Virus record (IMG/VR): IMGVR_UViG_3300030102_005560
Span: 17,288-81,287 of that record
From: a virus
DNA length: 64,000 nt
Reading direction: 5' to 3' (one strand)
In this document: positions 22,401-30,276 of the stretch, piece by piece
Position numbering within the stretch: the first letter of the stretch is position 1
How the letters are laid out: each line of letters begins with the position of its first letter
The notes under the pieces: generated by a model
Told to the model about the DNA's origin: nothing
What the model saw: the letters and a program-made list of their open reading frames with translations, nothing else
The model's database searches: none
Position numbers and translations under genes: made by a program

Positions 22401-25400
22401 CAATGGGCTCGGGTGGGATGATACACCCAGACCTCAGTGAGACGCACATAGGCCACCTGTTCGACAACTCAGTAGCAGGTCCTAGGAACTCTCCCACATA
22501 CGAGGACCACAACTGGGAGAGGATAGACCCAGTGACGTTCGATTCCGAAGTGGGCGGTTGGAACAACAACAACCCACTCAAGTCCTCATACGAACTACAT
22601 GACAGGACGCTCTTCTTCCACGTCACTAAGATGGGTCACACTCATACCCATAGGTATCCCACTGTGTACGACTACTCCTCCGGCTCATCAGGAGCATGCA
22701 GCCTGCAAAACCAAACGGTCTCGGTAACGGCATGGAACTCCACCAGCAGCCAGTTGACCGTGAGCCAGACTTTGGATTCCAGCGTATTCAGCGGTGGCTT
22801 CGGTACGAAGGAGGTGATGGATGACAGGAGATTCCTGAGAGTCTACAACCCAACCACTGACGAAGGTGCAGTCTGCTCGTACACCACCGCTGGTAGCACC
22901 ACCATCACTGTCGTAGGTGATGTGGGTTTCGCTGACTTCATGCTCGCACAGACAGTGACTGACCTCAAGGTGGTACCGTCCTACTACGTGCCTGCTGGTT
23001 CGACTAGGTTCTTCGCTGCTAGGAGAATGAGGGACCATGCTGAGGTGAGTGGCAACTCCCCAGATATGGCACACACCAGATACTTCGCCGGTGACACAGT
23101 CGCATACAACGCATATAGCAAACCCAAGATGACGCCAATGCCCTACCCGAGGATGGGACATCACTTCGTCACGCCCACGATGCCGATGCTACCCGGCCAT
23201 TGGGCACATCCCGCTTACCAGTCATTGTACAGAAGGCATTTGGTCGACTTCAACGCATCAGTGTCATTCAAGGACACTGACCTGCTCAACAAGTACAAGA
23301 CGCCCACTAACAGCCTGTCTGACATAGAGACGGCTCAGAGCATAACATTCGTCGATAACATAAACCCACTCGAAGCAGAGGTGAACTTCAGTGGTGTAAA
23401 CGCAGCCCCCAGCGGTCCCAGCGACATTCATGGAGGCGCGTTTACGCTCATGTTCGAGACGGGTGTGAAATATGATGGTTACGGAATACTAGCATCCTCT
23501 GGAACAGCAGGTACCATGAACTCCTTGGGAGGGCACACCATCATCCTAGAGGCAAGTGCCAACTACACATTGGAGAAGCACTTCCCAGACCCCGCTGAGG
23601 TTGGTGCCTATCAGATAGTAATCCAACCCAACGTGTTCTCCAACCAACTCATAGGATATCACAACAACGCCACGGTGGGGCTCACGAGCCAACAGGTCAA
23701 CACAGTGGTGGGCATCAAGAGGGATTCGAGCAGAAGCACCAAGATAGGGGGTCTAGGGCTAATTCTAGCAAAGGAGGTGCAAGCAGACGTCAGAGGCTGC
23801 GAGGTGTTCATCAACGAGATGATGCTCGATGTGAGTCCAGACTACGGCAGTCAGTTCACCAACATACCACCCCTCATGTCCTACAACCCCCTCGGTGTGC
23901 AACTGACAGAGTCTCCGTCATTCACCAGAAGGGGATTCCCCTATGCTGTCATGTTCTCCGATGCCACACCGGGCTATACTCTGAATATACCTTGGTGGTC
24001 AATACTGCACAAGAACGGTCCCCAAGGCACAGATGCGACCAACTACAGGGGTCTGAGCCAATATGGTCCCGATGACTACTACCTATTCTCAAGAAGCACC
24101 TTCGGTAGTGTAGGTAATCAACTAACAATCAATGGATATACCTCAACGTATATCGATATATATTCAAGTATACGTGAAAATATATCTATAAATCCAAAAA
24201 GTACAGTGGTATCATTCAGTAGTGCATCTGGTAAAATACAAATTAGCAACTCAAATACATTCCCTATATCTCCATACTACTCACAAGTAGTAGAATACAC
24301 AGGAAAGAATGGGAATAGATACACGAAAACCCTGCAAAGCAGGAGTGGTGCTCTATTCGATGTCAATCAAGGCGACTACTTGCAGTTGCAAGCGGGCTCC
24401 GATGAGTTCTGGACGAATCTCTACGATGGCGCTGTAGTGCGTCTGTCCTACAAATACGACACTCTGCCTGCTGGGGATATATTCACCAACGAGGAGAGAA
24501 GCGTATTCGCACATATCCTTCCGGACATAGTGGATGGGAACCAAGATACCAACAATGCATTCCTACCTGACGCATATATGTGTATGTGGCATCCTAATTT
24601 AGGTAGACCCAATACGTACTTCTCAGATAGTAGAACCACTTTGACGAGCAGTGCAATCGACAAGGACTCGTACAACTCCCTACCAGAGCACTTCGAGACC
24701 ATTCACTACCACGACTTCTCGCATGTAATCAGCACTGGTCCCTTCGACTTCCTCATCAAGACCCCCAAGAGCACTAGGACAGGGGAAGTGACGTCTGGTG
24801 ATTCCAGCCACGACGCCGGTGGAACCAACGTGATGCTAAGTGGCTTCTGGCCCTGTGGCAGCCGTGGTGGTGCCCACGCCAGCAGGCTGGACGTATACTC
24901 GTATGCGTCCTCGACTTGGAACCTGCATGCCACAACGGACAACTGCAACTTCTCATCGGCATCCAACAAGGAATGGACCGATGCCGATGACGATGGCTCT
25001 TACTCGCTCAGCAATGGCCTCGCAGTCGGGAGCATGGGTGGCACCAGAAGGAGGCCGTACGGATACCGTAACGCTGTACGTCAAGCCAATAACAAGCCTC
25101 GTTACGGTGTCAATCCAGTCAGATTCCAACACGAGGAGACGGCGAATACGGAGGGTAACAACACCCTAGACTATGATGCTGGCCCCCTAGTGCAGATTGA
25201 GACCTCTGACTGGGGCTGGTCTGGCAACGGTACGGATGATGACACATTCCCCACCACGTACGTGGGTGTGATGGAGAGGCTGACGAACTTCACAGGCATG
25301 CTAGGGCACGACCAAGCCAACGTGCAAGTGAGGTACAGCGACGGTCGTAGGATGACTCGTCCGTTCGGCACACCTGTGCGTACTCTGAGAAACCCCAGCG

Positions 25401-28400
25401 GTGTCGAGAGGGACTGGTGGGGAGACAGCGAGGGGAAGGGCGAAACGAGCCTCTCTGTGGCCTCCCAGTACTATCTGGTGGACTGGTGGGGCAACGAGCG
25501 CGGAGAGGACGTGAGACGCGCTCCAGTGCGTGGATTCGGCATCCGCCCAGCATGGGACTGCGGCAATGCCTACGAGGAGGACAGGACCAACACCGCTGGT
25601 GCTGACAACCCGTCCAACACAGTGACGATAACCTCCTTCAACAGCCTCGAGAGAGACACTGCCTCCACTGCGCAAATCACCATCTCGGGTGACATAACCA
25701 ACTATGTCAGTCCTGCCAACGCAACTGCCTCGATTGCTATAGCGAACAGCAATGGACTGAACACGGACGTCTTCCCAGTGGGAGAATCAGCCCAGATAAA
25801 ATTCGGACTTCAACCTGCGGATTCCGATAACACAGACGCGAACAACTTCATTCAGTTAGTGAGCGAAGACGGCGCACAGACCACTAAGTGGTTCGCTAGG
25901 ACCAGTGGTACCAACGGTGCTGCCCTGAGCGGTAACAATGGGCAATTCACTTACCCGTCGGGTGCAAGGCAGTACAACATCGGTGCTTCTGTCGTGCTTA
26001 CTGCGAGGAACTTCAAAGGAGCAGTGGAGACTTACAGTCAGGGCTTTGCTGGTTCATTGTCCCAACCACAGCAAGTTGTAAGTGATGTACTAGGTGCAGA
26101 CGACACACAGAACATCACTCTGACTGCTGCTCCCACGGGCTCTGCTCCCAACAGGGTAGGAGCGACCAGTGCGACCCTAACTCTTGGCAGCAGTTTTGCC
26201 TCCCACAACACCAACAACCCCAATACGATAGCCGTCGTTGACTTTACTGGTGGCATCAACGAACTCATACTGGGTGAGACCACGGGCTCCAATGACAATA
26301 CAATCAACTACTTCACAATAACAGACAGTGCTAGTAACGTGAAGAACTACTTCCCATCACATGATTCAACGAATCAGCCTACTGGCTCTACTGGCACTAG
26401 AACCTTCGATGACGGTAGCACCAAATCCGTTGTGTACTTCAACTTCGCTAGTAATGGAAACAACGGGGCCGCTGGTCTTGCTTTAGTCCAAGCAATCAAT
26501 GGGTCGTCTGGACACCCAAACACAATATCAGCACAGAACAATGGCAGTGGAAGCGTCGGCCTCACGCATGACTTGGCTGGCACTGCTGGCAACGGCGCCG
26601 CACTGGCCAAGAGCAACATAGCAGACAGCGTTGCGACAATCTCAGGCAGCAACTTCTCAGGAGGCGTGACGGAGGAGAACGCAACCAACACACCCTTCAT
26701 ACAAATCATCGACAACGAGTCGAGCCCGACGACGAAGAAGTACGTGCCAGTGAAGAACGGTGACGCTCTAGGCAACGGCAACAATGGCGGGGGCAGCATA
26801 GGCGACGTCACTGGTGGTATAGCCTTCCAAGAGGGAGCATCAGCAGTCGCCACTGCTGACAACCTGAGGATAGCGATAGGTCACAGCAATGGTCACGACG
26901 GCACTGTGCTGACTGATGCGGCTGGCAGCGCCGCTATCACCCTCACGCAGAAGACGATAGGGGCAAACACAGCGGCCATCACCCTGAACAACCTTGCCTC
27001 CAACATCAGCAAGACCAACTTCAGCGGTGGCGGGATTCGAGACAACTTCCTCGGACTGACTGATGCGGCAGGGACGCTGAAGAAGTACAAGGCCTCGAAC
27101 ACCGCAGCGAACGGCAGCACCGATGGTACGTACGTCTTCTACGATGCCGCAGCCCCATCCCAGAACAGCACGGTTGCTGAGAATCTCGAGACTGCCATAA
27201 ACAGCGTCAACGGTCACAACGGCACCCTTACCACGACTAGGACCAACAATGCAATAGAAGTCAGGCTCAATCAAGCGACAGTAGGCAGCGCGGCAGTGAG
27301 TGACAACGTGACAGGGTTGACGACCGATGTCTCCTTCACCTCGGTAGTGCACCAGCCCAGAACCCCCTACAGGAGAATCTGGAACGATGCCAAGCCAATC
27401 TACAACCTCAAGGGGATTGCCGACCTTTCCAGCGGGAACATATCCGTCACTGCCGGGAATACCATACCCAGATTCGGCGGTGTGTTGAATGACACCAACA
27501 ACAATGACACTAGCAACCTAGTGGATGTCTTCGCACCGACGCATTCCCTCAGAGTCGGGGACATGGGCAACGGCAGGGGAGTCAGATACCCCACTGCGTT
27601 CAACGAGGACGTAGTCACCGAACTTTCATCACCTACCCACACCACAGGCATGGTGCTCAGTCACAACACAGCAGAGCCACCATTCGGCAATGGTCTGATG
27701 AGACCTCGAAACGACGTCCTAGAATCCGATGAGGTCCCAAGAGGAATAAGCGCTAGACTAGGGATATCCGAGAACGGTCTGCTCAAGCCGGATGCCGTAG
27801 TGAGCGACAGGGTCGAGGAGGTCGTGGGGAGCAGCGTACACAAGGATGCTGTATCCAGAACGAGCCCTAGGATAGGCATAGACGCTGACACGGTGGAGGG
27901 CATAGAGCAGCATCACGTGGTAATCAACACAGAGGCACATAGCCTACACACGGATAGGGACATAGGCCAGAGGGTCCTGCTCCAAGGAGGGAGCCAAGTC
28001 AAGACTAGCAGTGCAAGCACTCTCACTGATGTGAACTACAACGCTCTCTCCTTCGCTAGACAGTCATCCAGCGGGTCTGTGGTGAGCGCTGCTCACAAGT
28101 TCAGCCACACATCTACATTCAGACCGTATGGTGGTACGTATCTGATTGACAGCAAATCGTACTCGGGTCTCTTCGATGACACTGGCTGGGGAGTCACTAG
28201 CCTGACCGGCTCCACTGACACCTCCAATCCATATCAGGACCCTGACAACTATTCGAGTGACACAGTGAGGAACAACGAGAAGGACAAATCGGTTGAGTTC
28301 CTCCTTCGCCCAATCAGAGTGCTGGACAACAGCCACGTAGAGGTATTCAGGTTCCACAACTCCCTATCCTCAGGCACTCCGCAGTACGATGCCAACTACT

Positions 28401-28834
28401 ACTATTGCACCTCAGGTGGTAGATACGGTCTGTACACCTACAAGGTAGCCAGTGGTAGGACACCTGCTGCCAACACGCCAGCGTCCAGAGCGACACCAGA
28501 CGGCAACGGGCCATACATCCCAGTGTACGTAATGACACCCGGTAACAGCCTAGATGTTCCCACCAGCCAAGGTCCGAACATACCCGGAGTGGGTGTGACG
28601 GGCTTCGACAACACTAACCTAGAATCCACCGTATCACGTCTGGTCATTAGCGAGAACACGATACAACACCACCGCTCGGATGCGCCTAGGAGAAAGCAGG
28701 AGCAGGAGAGCGACGACAAACTGAGAAGGGTGGATTACGAGGTAAAGGCGAGGTTCAGCCAGTCCTTGCATGGCAAGGGTCATGACGGTGACGTCGCCTT
28801 CAGCGTTACTGAGCACAGCGGAGATGGTAGTTGA
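10403..28834 (+). CDS. Giant 6,143-aa tail/virion protein with N-terminal LamG (ConA-like) domain
   Basis: Uninterrupted 18.4-kb ORF with genome-typical codon usage; LamG motifs AFFFDGVSD, TIEAW, HVIATF..LYVNG, IYIGG..FRG. Confidence 0.85.
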   Translation: MSVLSRSNHAFFFDGVSDSIIVPDGPFILGKRDSLGNTSVKEFLDDDNADPQLSITSGLYSNELTIEAWLMPDCGGTVVEKSGQFKLTVGNVDTPGPATFGIYLNNGSSDEYHEISTGNKTATRYEGTVYPASEFGGIHESYNRFDTSTYGTATDLNRNHRQLLHVIATFREKGLELYVNGQIMASKSLKDVPRTIAKSNSNIYIGGKGGQFRGVMEAIHIKGGFKQGMTHGKSPLKDDTTMLLYRFEEPISPIEKEYAFTSITNDFNDAGLSTISISASDAQAIATLLTGKAADLSNFPNGNLDFTVTPYSSGKYTVVHPTSGNKYIPHVPYNLLINPNSIDRKTRKPNQTPPERVRLHSIDSMFGAATLTVSSVHLDHDRGVANDGLMGVLNKSRTTDSDDYFVIISADLLIDSGTGRPYQPPHFSTQIIDRTGQMVIDESNYERHGLVYSSRMATSTVDTDNPFAPVWYSSVPSEFQIGHSGRHVKNHVDGHPFLRMLPDANEEIVDLKGDGQADLIDIIYDQMQDGVEHQISVNSRVDVFRDLNDLPINSITNTTTVTQVVNTYQDTGSPPTGKRKLLAIGGPQMDFRPFALKGPVPLVGEEYASDIRKHHLRPSSQSRVALLHVPQLSTSNIKFAPYVEIHYNAMDLTGASMYKPVTAGSFVSGQTYIIVSIGDTNFTTIGASANTVGLIFEATGTGSGTGTARPYHPMLMVEKTVPASDVSIGAGSYVYDAIADSISSGKTLYAAGGVIDFDVGKLQTNSNMLQPHNLIGDNSEGYAADSDVDETSSPANYTPRESDSSENKTPSVILDSTSSGRSHESVFNKVRLSKPGHKHSLNDIGDYSRVEPQTVPGSPSTGEFDTGITTSHSHVHEVFDIIDNVPLVNDSISNMSLILQPSDRSRTNQLSRAKSLLDSFDTPSQFKIMCMMSRARVRSIKENDAADKGNYTVVHCVGLSESAASRNVDFVGTGSPDSHIVKEIEPNAPVVTVTLGGPGQGAMDTKPLYHKSKLAHESYSTRRAYAVEAVKLEMDFLSGTGTLHIRPLNNNSDDLASWGTYGFPRYGSIYMPDGSSAKYSSKTGTSFSFVASSLGSGDYLSSSGSEYTTIAQLLNAIGLMAGSTSGVVEIYGNFTIYSEPDFGDESNIENGTTVNDKMHQSLNDVQHDYQLGTQYASTRALVEIPLFANQFFKSTIGPDNGFKIHLDATHTAHTYNPSPVGRRPKGTSPADREAESAYSFAMANRQYVSSSTVKKWTDTRTVKRLYVSNISIFPDSSTSTDTYQGITNAFRYRKINLANGEYAYYTNVNTSNGYLDILNTEYGYSPEFFDSLEAGITVFLNESRLNKELPPMFSDSISQSSDFENRSEYYHDSASVKTQGGNVDYGLRQYVTAVEFKAGPESNPHAPRVGPRRATGKVLSELKTSLGNDEFALTLTLSPDEFSTFPNLGYDTLSEAPLEAGELIYEVQYDDSGTIHRYHYHGNLKTVGSLTTPENSITLTYTTTGGFTSYPVSILNKRITLSRKASRVLRETSAFGTGYTYYEGGTVYRELFNNMNIDTTIAIQQNDSSSNPESLIQLTMPSNRTLHDLHNISVKKDDEVYYYVDTTTDELRKIGTVTRVVSGEGSNNTTIHLSANAPTIPASAKLAVAMGDYEDKDAILNAHWLNPYAPGGLRNGDTIWANMSYNNPHAVEGLFAKSRGVYNESQVWTEFNGGTGSLNNSPRDSIPIENFMIGKTCLETARNYVQHVNRTIEENYLALGLTASQAPTVAFVDPYLSTPTHARVLLYDTAHDREFVAFQDIFMQVQTSPETTQLGWRKEVVEGSARKPLHKVNAQYAGSGPSPWTTQIDVTNGYPSQNPFIRSTQQSKFIESAYAHDLANRQSSDLLGSTVPTGSYTLPTDGRSSTSVRIYGKAHGHHVHTEYSLGGTLSNIRLGNSTVPRTNDSVVLHKVADELHFLGRKPAGTNVDVFTKELIKLREGTTGATFRDPSTFFDTPDGTRVIPAFLCLRGIRAESLDLTSHEEGRLQHLPEWKDMDFVRRLTVDMGVVKNKEGVVNITKAAEEVVRLINQHGALTARTENGSAHDPSPFWHVDDKNKGTHMGYLRAHIGREVRDLNGDIGVSVVIHSTVPGATGRNFCVWLDNSTGQDTYQPEFMIGHGGRWRNFWALPEETEGELMHPAPMPLNKHGRPFAPITTLQQYITSEESGEDVQSVADFEDDSVLRAVSDSISGKSHNSINAESLDVKGSSSTFVKGLRTGSRAMARINFGGLVASGVPGWAPNAGKWGFGKVNDSSFDNRYGESTSTSYGSYVPAADILPDNVGTSNIYGFRFKDNVGTEHGVRYIYRRDGDSFSNENTVLPTTIEEEVCVFFDDRDVAQGGFTIGNSMQGDNDATGRMDFTFVSETLGNKWKGARWRGVSAPNAATLVTASVSSTTMTIAFQAPFDTSFTDDKLGYLGFPRENGIIQITDEDGDGDADVGLTLSYGSRSGTQFFDVLGLPGSWTSGDYLITSVLNWTCLVTDELIAAATAAAINAGNEINNPDGLKFDCRDMYATDGRTFGEWGVREDAITIRAFNPSKNVAPLNESFSATLHRDFGIHAAHLEFGELKKTVRPTGAASWNFDTSRALTDAVIDGSRNVDCGYLPFNILKIDSVARGPHANTATPLFVDSKNNKASTKEWARGLKGLSFTRTSGDHILPKIDNPLTRYETAWTAISELVTDGEFSEGFTGAIAVDTGNPTNEIVVGDLIADNADRVLGRVTARTSTSITLDSLRVSIADNLIINKRQSLDNSTKNWQSSVTLSASMFHFAIPAGQVTGSIIKSLGERKRVYLSPSASVVAESKVGTSSDTVLQWDIDNSIGNMPREITFNRNLLSTHTNPDFDGLRSVGSVFSEPIVMFRGGRSSKDHSVPLFFGGGFSGVTLDVNDGTQNDYSSFYTHPYANGPTGVAGIQNANEISTSFAMLDANAMFAFFPGAALCNQHRGSITPPAFNKDNVLAPDLHSTTTLASDVVTAKPVPLVLRFPHPTARYEDHLDGTENKTTYLVFGPGQAFPFTREAADGTGLGHSSADTGNRFEPNPGLIVTATNNSTWASVPDSDGQSNLLFPNSIDNDNYAFGPLTKTRYNDTAGFHWRAMVNWETPAGYCMKGKFLQRPSHGRHYGQQFSDATPYNVIHLLPIHPKMHTPVIAYGIAMAADTVWHMDGGFHPGGHWMDNQITFNPPHPSASSRINGTSWPRADQIHPAAFRVSGAMLSKTLDYIGSSDTVTTNDSKMEYIVVDATRAQNGEELATVLGAAINAFPGGGALKALGGTHMPSMGNSLRQDRYGWVSVGTSSNGVQQATSVSPNQITNFITVDTGNPNQVTAEQVPASGWLRAHVGNAVSWACYHSREINASGDITFLLAPNRIEGKSEFEDKETWEDHANGSADDFAAVASNATIFVWSKAGTIRFNNENDSTRDHMTQVHFSGIADAIDRTKPIGAVGWHGERYSHLNSLKISVSTVKNGATSTTTGYAAGLGAYHPSLAFSPYGTAGTVMSVHSSVPVVAPMKHSPESVSPVDGIGTNVAEALTKSRFYVNFPDANGDGWSTGTLTPYFQDSDITTGSVTHWSSPTNYTTTLPEELTHPQGVYTSAFLVVSYECETALKNKYDRDLIQCNGDWLHLKTTSTNKIRSAGTSQFDPRIHNQDRFTAPANAGPNVEALIVSGTSVPTGDESVANWSDSVTWSFFTAFSDKTDKDNDLSMKNAIPGLNKTGDLLFDLDQSIGSALLQTGDAKRNVSSDKYTGTAYTASTGNSVSYPTEYWMGDVNAFQMYENSPVKNFTVENVVWKRMDGGNLSLPAINARGLGAVPWVTRVDTTGSSDVSYLTGEKVYGNVRFSFETTNSAMMPVLQAQELAHPEFIKKVPYSVGGVLEIPNEEVQFQSISVIDDSGQEHVLEGGSPLGTVIRGFRTPPDRGVNGKAPALANSGNTPNLKVMLPNPDSIPGNLIVRSGFDPIQAYQNETMGSGGMIHPDLSETHIGHLFDNSVAGPRNSPTYEDHNWERIDPVTFDSEVGGWNNNNPLKSSYELHDRTLFFHVTKMGHTHTHRYPTVYDYSSGSSGACSLQNQTVSVTAWNSTSSQLTVSQTLDSSVFSGGFGTKEVMDDRRFLRVYNPTTDEGAVCSYTTAGSTTITVVGDVGFADFMLAQTVTDLKVVPSYYVPAGSTRFFAARRMRDHAEVSGNSPDMAHTRYFAGDTVAYNAYSKPKMTPMPYPRMGHHFVTPTMPMLPGHWAHPAYQSLYRRHLVDFNASVSFKDTDLLNKYKTPTNSLSDIETAQSITFVDNINPLEAEVNFSGVNAAPSGPSDIHGGAFTLMFETGVKYDGYGILASSGTAGTMNSLGGHTIILEASANYTLEKHFPDPAEVGAYQIVIQPNVFSNQLIGYHNNATVGLTSQQVNTVVGIKRDSSRSTKIGGLGLILAKEVQADVRGCEVFINEMMLDVSPDYGSQFTNIPPLMSYNPLGVQLTESPSFTRRGFPYAVMFSDATPGYTLNIPWWSILHKNGPQGTDATNYRGLSQYGPDDYYLFSRSTFGSVGNQLTINGYTSTYIDIYSSIRENISINPKSTVVSFSSASGKIQISNSNTFPISPYYSQVVEYTGKNGNRYTKTLQSRSGALFDVNQGDYLQLQAGSDEFWTNLYDGAVVRLSYKYDTLPAGDIFTNEERSVFAHILPDIVDGNQDTNNAFLPDAYMCMWHPNLGRPNTYFSDSRTTLTSSAIDKDSYNSLPEHFETIHYHDFSHVISTGPFDFLIKTPKSTRTGEVTSGDSSHDAGGTNVMLSGFWPCGSRGGAHASRLDVYSYASSTWNLHATTDNCNFSSASNKEWTDADDDGSYSLSNGLAVGSMGGTRRRPYGYRNAVRQANNKPRYGVNPVRFQHEETANTEGNNTLDYDAGPLVQIETSDWGWSGNGTDDDTFPTTYVGVMERLTNFTGMLGHDQANVQVRYSDGRRMTRPFGTPVRTLRNPSGVERDWWGDSEGKGETSLSVASQYYLVDWWGNERGEDVRRAPVRGFGIRPAWDCGNAYEEDRTNTAGADNPSNTVTITSFNSLERDTASTAQITISGDITNYVSPANATASIAIANSNGLNTDVFPVGESAQIKFGLQPADSDNTDANNFIQLVSEDGAQTTKWFARTSGTNGAALSGNNGQFTYPSGARQYNIGASVVLTARNFKGAVETYSQGFAGSLSQPQQVVSDVLGADDTQNITLTAAPTGSAPNRVGATSATLTLGSSFASHNTNNPNTIAVVDFTGGINELILGETTGSNDNTINYFTITDSASNVKNYFPSHDSTNQPTGSTGTRTFDDGSTKSVVYFNFASNGNNGAAGLALVQAINGSSGHPNTISAQNNGSGSVGLTHDLAGTAGNGAALAKSNIADSVATISGSNFSGGVTEENATNTPFIQIIDNESSPTTKKYVPVKNGDALGNGNNGGGSIGDVTGGIAFQEGASAVATADNLRIAIGHSNGHDGTVLTDAAGSAAITLTQKTIGANTAAITLNNLASNISKTNFSGGGIRDNFLGLTDAAGTLKKYKASNTAANGSTDGTYVFYDAAAPSQNSTVAENLETAINSVNGHNGTLTTTRTNNAIEVRLNQATVGSAAVSDNVTGLTTDVSFTSVVHQPRTPYRRIWNDAKPIYNLKGIADLSSGNISVTAGNTIPRFGGVLNDTNNNDTSNLVDVFAPTHSLRVGDMGNGRGVRYPTAFNEDVVTELSSPTHTTGMVLSHNTAEPPFGNGLMRPRNDVLESDEVPRGISARLGISENGLLKPDAVVSDRVEEVVGSSVHKDAVSRTSPRIGIDADTVEGIEQHHVVINTEAHSLHTDRDIGQRVLLQGGSQVKTSSASTLTDVNYNALSFARQSSSGSVVSAAHKFSHTSTFRPYGGTYLIDSKSYSGLFDDTGWGVTSLTGSTDTSNPYQDPDNYSSDTVRNNEKDKSVEFLLRPIRVLDNSHVEVFRFHNSLSSGTPQYDANYYYCTSGGRYGLYTYKVASGRTPAANTPASRATPDGNGPYIPVYVMTPGNSLDVPTSQGPNIPGVGVTGFDNTNLESTVSRLVISENTIQHHRSDAPRRKQEQESDDKLRRVDYEVKARFSQSLHGKGHDGDVAFSVTEHSGDGS

Positions 28835-30276
28835 TGGCGAGGATGAGAAACAGCAACGGAGCGTTTGACACCTCTCTGACTGCAATAGCCACGAAGAGCA
28901 GGAGACCAGTTTTCGTCGACAATGCAGTGCACTTCGCCAAGGTCGAGCCACGCAGCAGCGGCAAGAGCAGAGTGACCATAGAGCAGAAGAACGCGGAGAC
29001 CTACTACGTGGCCACTGAGAAGTCATACTCCATAGCGGAGTCCGAGTCAGCGGTGACGCTGTCACACGAGGAGACTGCTGGTCACACCCTCAAGAGCACG
29101 GTCTTCAGCACTCGTGGGAGGAACACATCAACCCCGCTCCTGTACTCAGCGGATGAGCCATCAAAGAGAATCATAGGAAGCACATCCACCATGACCAACA
29201 ACGGTCTCAGAGTGAACCTTCGCAACATGAAAGGCAAGAAACTCTCGGACATAGGCTTCTCTACCGATAGGGTGAGAATGGGCCAGATAGTGGACATCGG
29301 TCTGAGGACCACTGACTTAGCGACTGAGTTGGCTGACTCGCTGTCAGGTACGGTGACAGCCTTCTCTATAGGCAACGCGATGCGAAGCACCAACACCAAT
29401 CGCCAAAGGAGAACCGTCAGCAACGTGTTCCTCGCTGCTGACTTCAAGAACATCAATCTCCTATCAGCACTCCGCTTCGTGTCCAGACACGATAACAGGA
29501 TACCGATGTACGACAGATACGGCGTGTTACAGTACGTTCCTTACAATGCAGCGTCTACCATACGCTCCATAGATGCGAACGTCAGACTGGGAGACAGAGA
29601 CACCAACCCCGTGGAGAACTCGGAGAACAGAATCACAGTCCAAGGTAGGCCGATAGCCCTTAATGACAATCTCCTGCTCACAATGGACGACCGAGAAAAG
29701 CAACAGGGGAGATTCGACAACGACATAGTGGAGGGAGTGTCGCCGGTGTTCGACGCATCCATCACCAATCGTCAACAGGCCAGAAGAGTCGCTAGACAGA
29801 TACTGAAGACAAACTCCCTCTTCACTGGGAGCATCACATCGAATGGCCACCCTGAGTTATGGGACTTGAGACCCGGTGACACTGTGTTCTTCGATGGCAG
29901 CAAATACTCTGTTCTAGAAGTGAGACACAAGATGGCAGACCTCAACAGCGACTTCGTGTTCCTCAATGCTGACATCGGCATAGAGGGAGTGTTCCAAGGC
30001 ATAATAGAAGGTAGTGTCTCGGCGTCCAATGACACTGGTGACGAAAAGGTGAACCAAATCGTCGACGAGAACTTCTCCTTCTTCGAGGGCTTTGAAATCA
30101 ACGTGATGCCCATAATCACCGTCACCCACGTTGGGAGCACTGGGCTTCTCATAGGTGGAAACACCAATAGGGGTAAGATAGGTGGAGCAGTAACGATAGG
30201 ACCGGGCGTGACAGGTGACATCAGGAGCATTGGGCTAAACAAGTCGACCCCATTAGTAGTAAGAGGTGAGATGTGA
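28831..30276 (+). CDS. Tail tip/baseplate hub protein (gp27/Tal-like)
   Basis: NLLSALRFVS..YDRYGVLQY, NRITVQG, DASITNRQQARRVARQIL, LRPGDTVFF..VLEVRH. Confidence 0.6.
   Translation: MMARMRNSNGAFDTSLTAIATKSRRPVFVDNAVHFAKVEPRSSGKSRVTIEQKNAETYYVATEKSYSIAESESAVTLSHEETAGHTLKSTVFSTRGRNTSTPLLYSADEPSKRIIGSTSTMTNNGLRVNLRNMKGKKLSDIGFSTDRVRMGQIVDIGLRTTDLATELADSLSGTVTAFSIGNAMRSTNTNRQRRTVSNVFLAADFKNINLLSALRFVSRHDNRIPMYDRYGVLQYVPYNAASTIRSIDANVRLGDRDTNPVENSENRITVQGRPIALNDNLLLTMDDREKQQGRFDNDIVEGVSPVFDASITNRQQARRVARQILKTNSLFTGSITSNGHPELWDLRPGDTVFFDGSKYSVLEVRHKMADLNSDFVFLNADIGIEGVFQGIIEGSVSASNDTGDEKVNQIVDENFSFFEGFEINVMPIITVTHVGSTGLLIGGNTNRGKIGGAVTIGPGVTGDIRSIGLNKSTPLVVRGEM

Noticed and set aside
10403-28834. 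Giant ORF as a product of stop-codon reassignment, or containing inteins
   Set aside because: The ORF has no internal stops under the standard code, all three stop codons end genes normally elsewhere, and no intein splice or LAGLIDADG blocks were recognised
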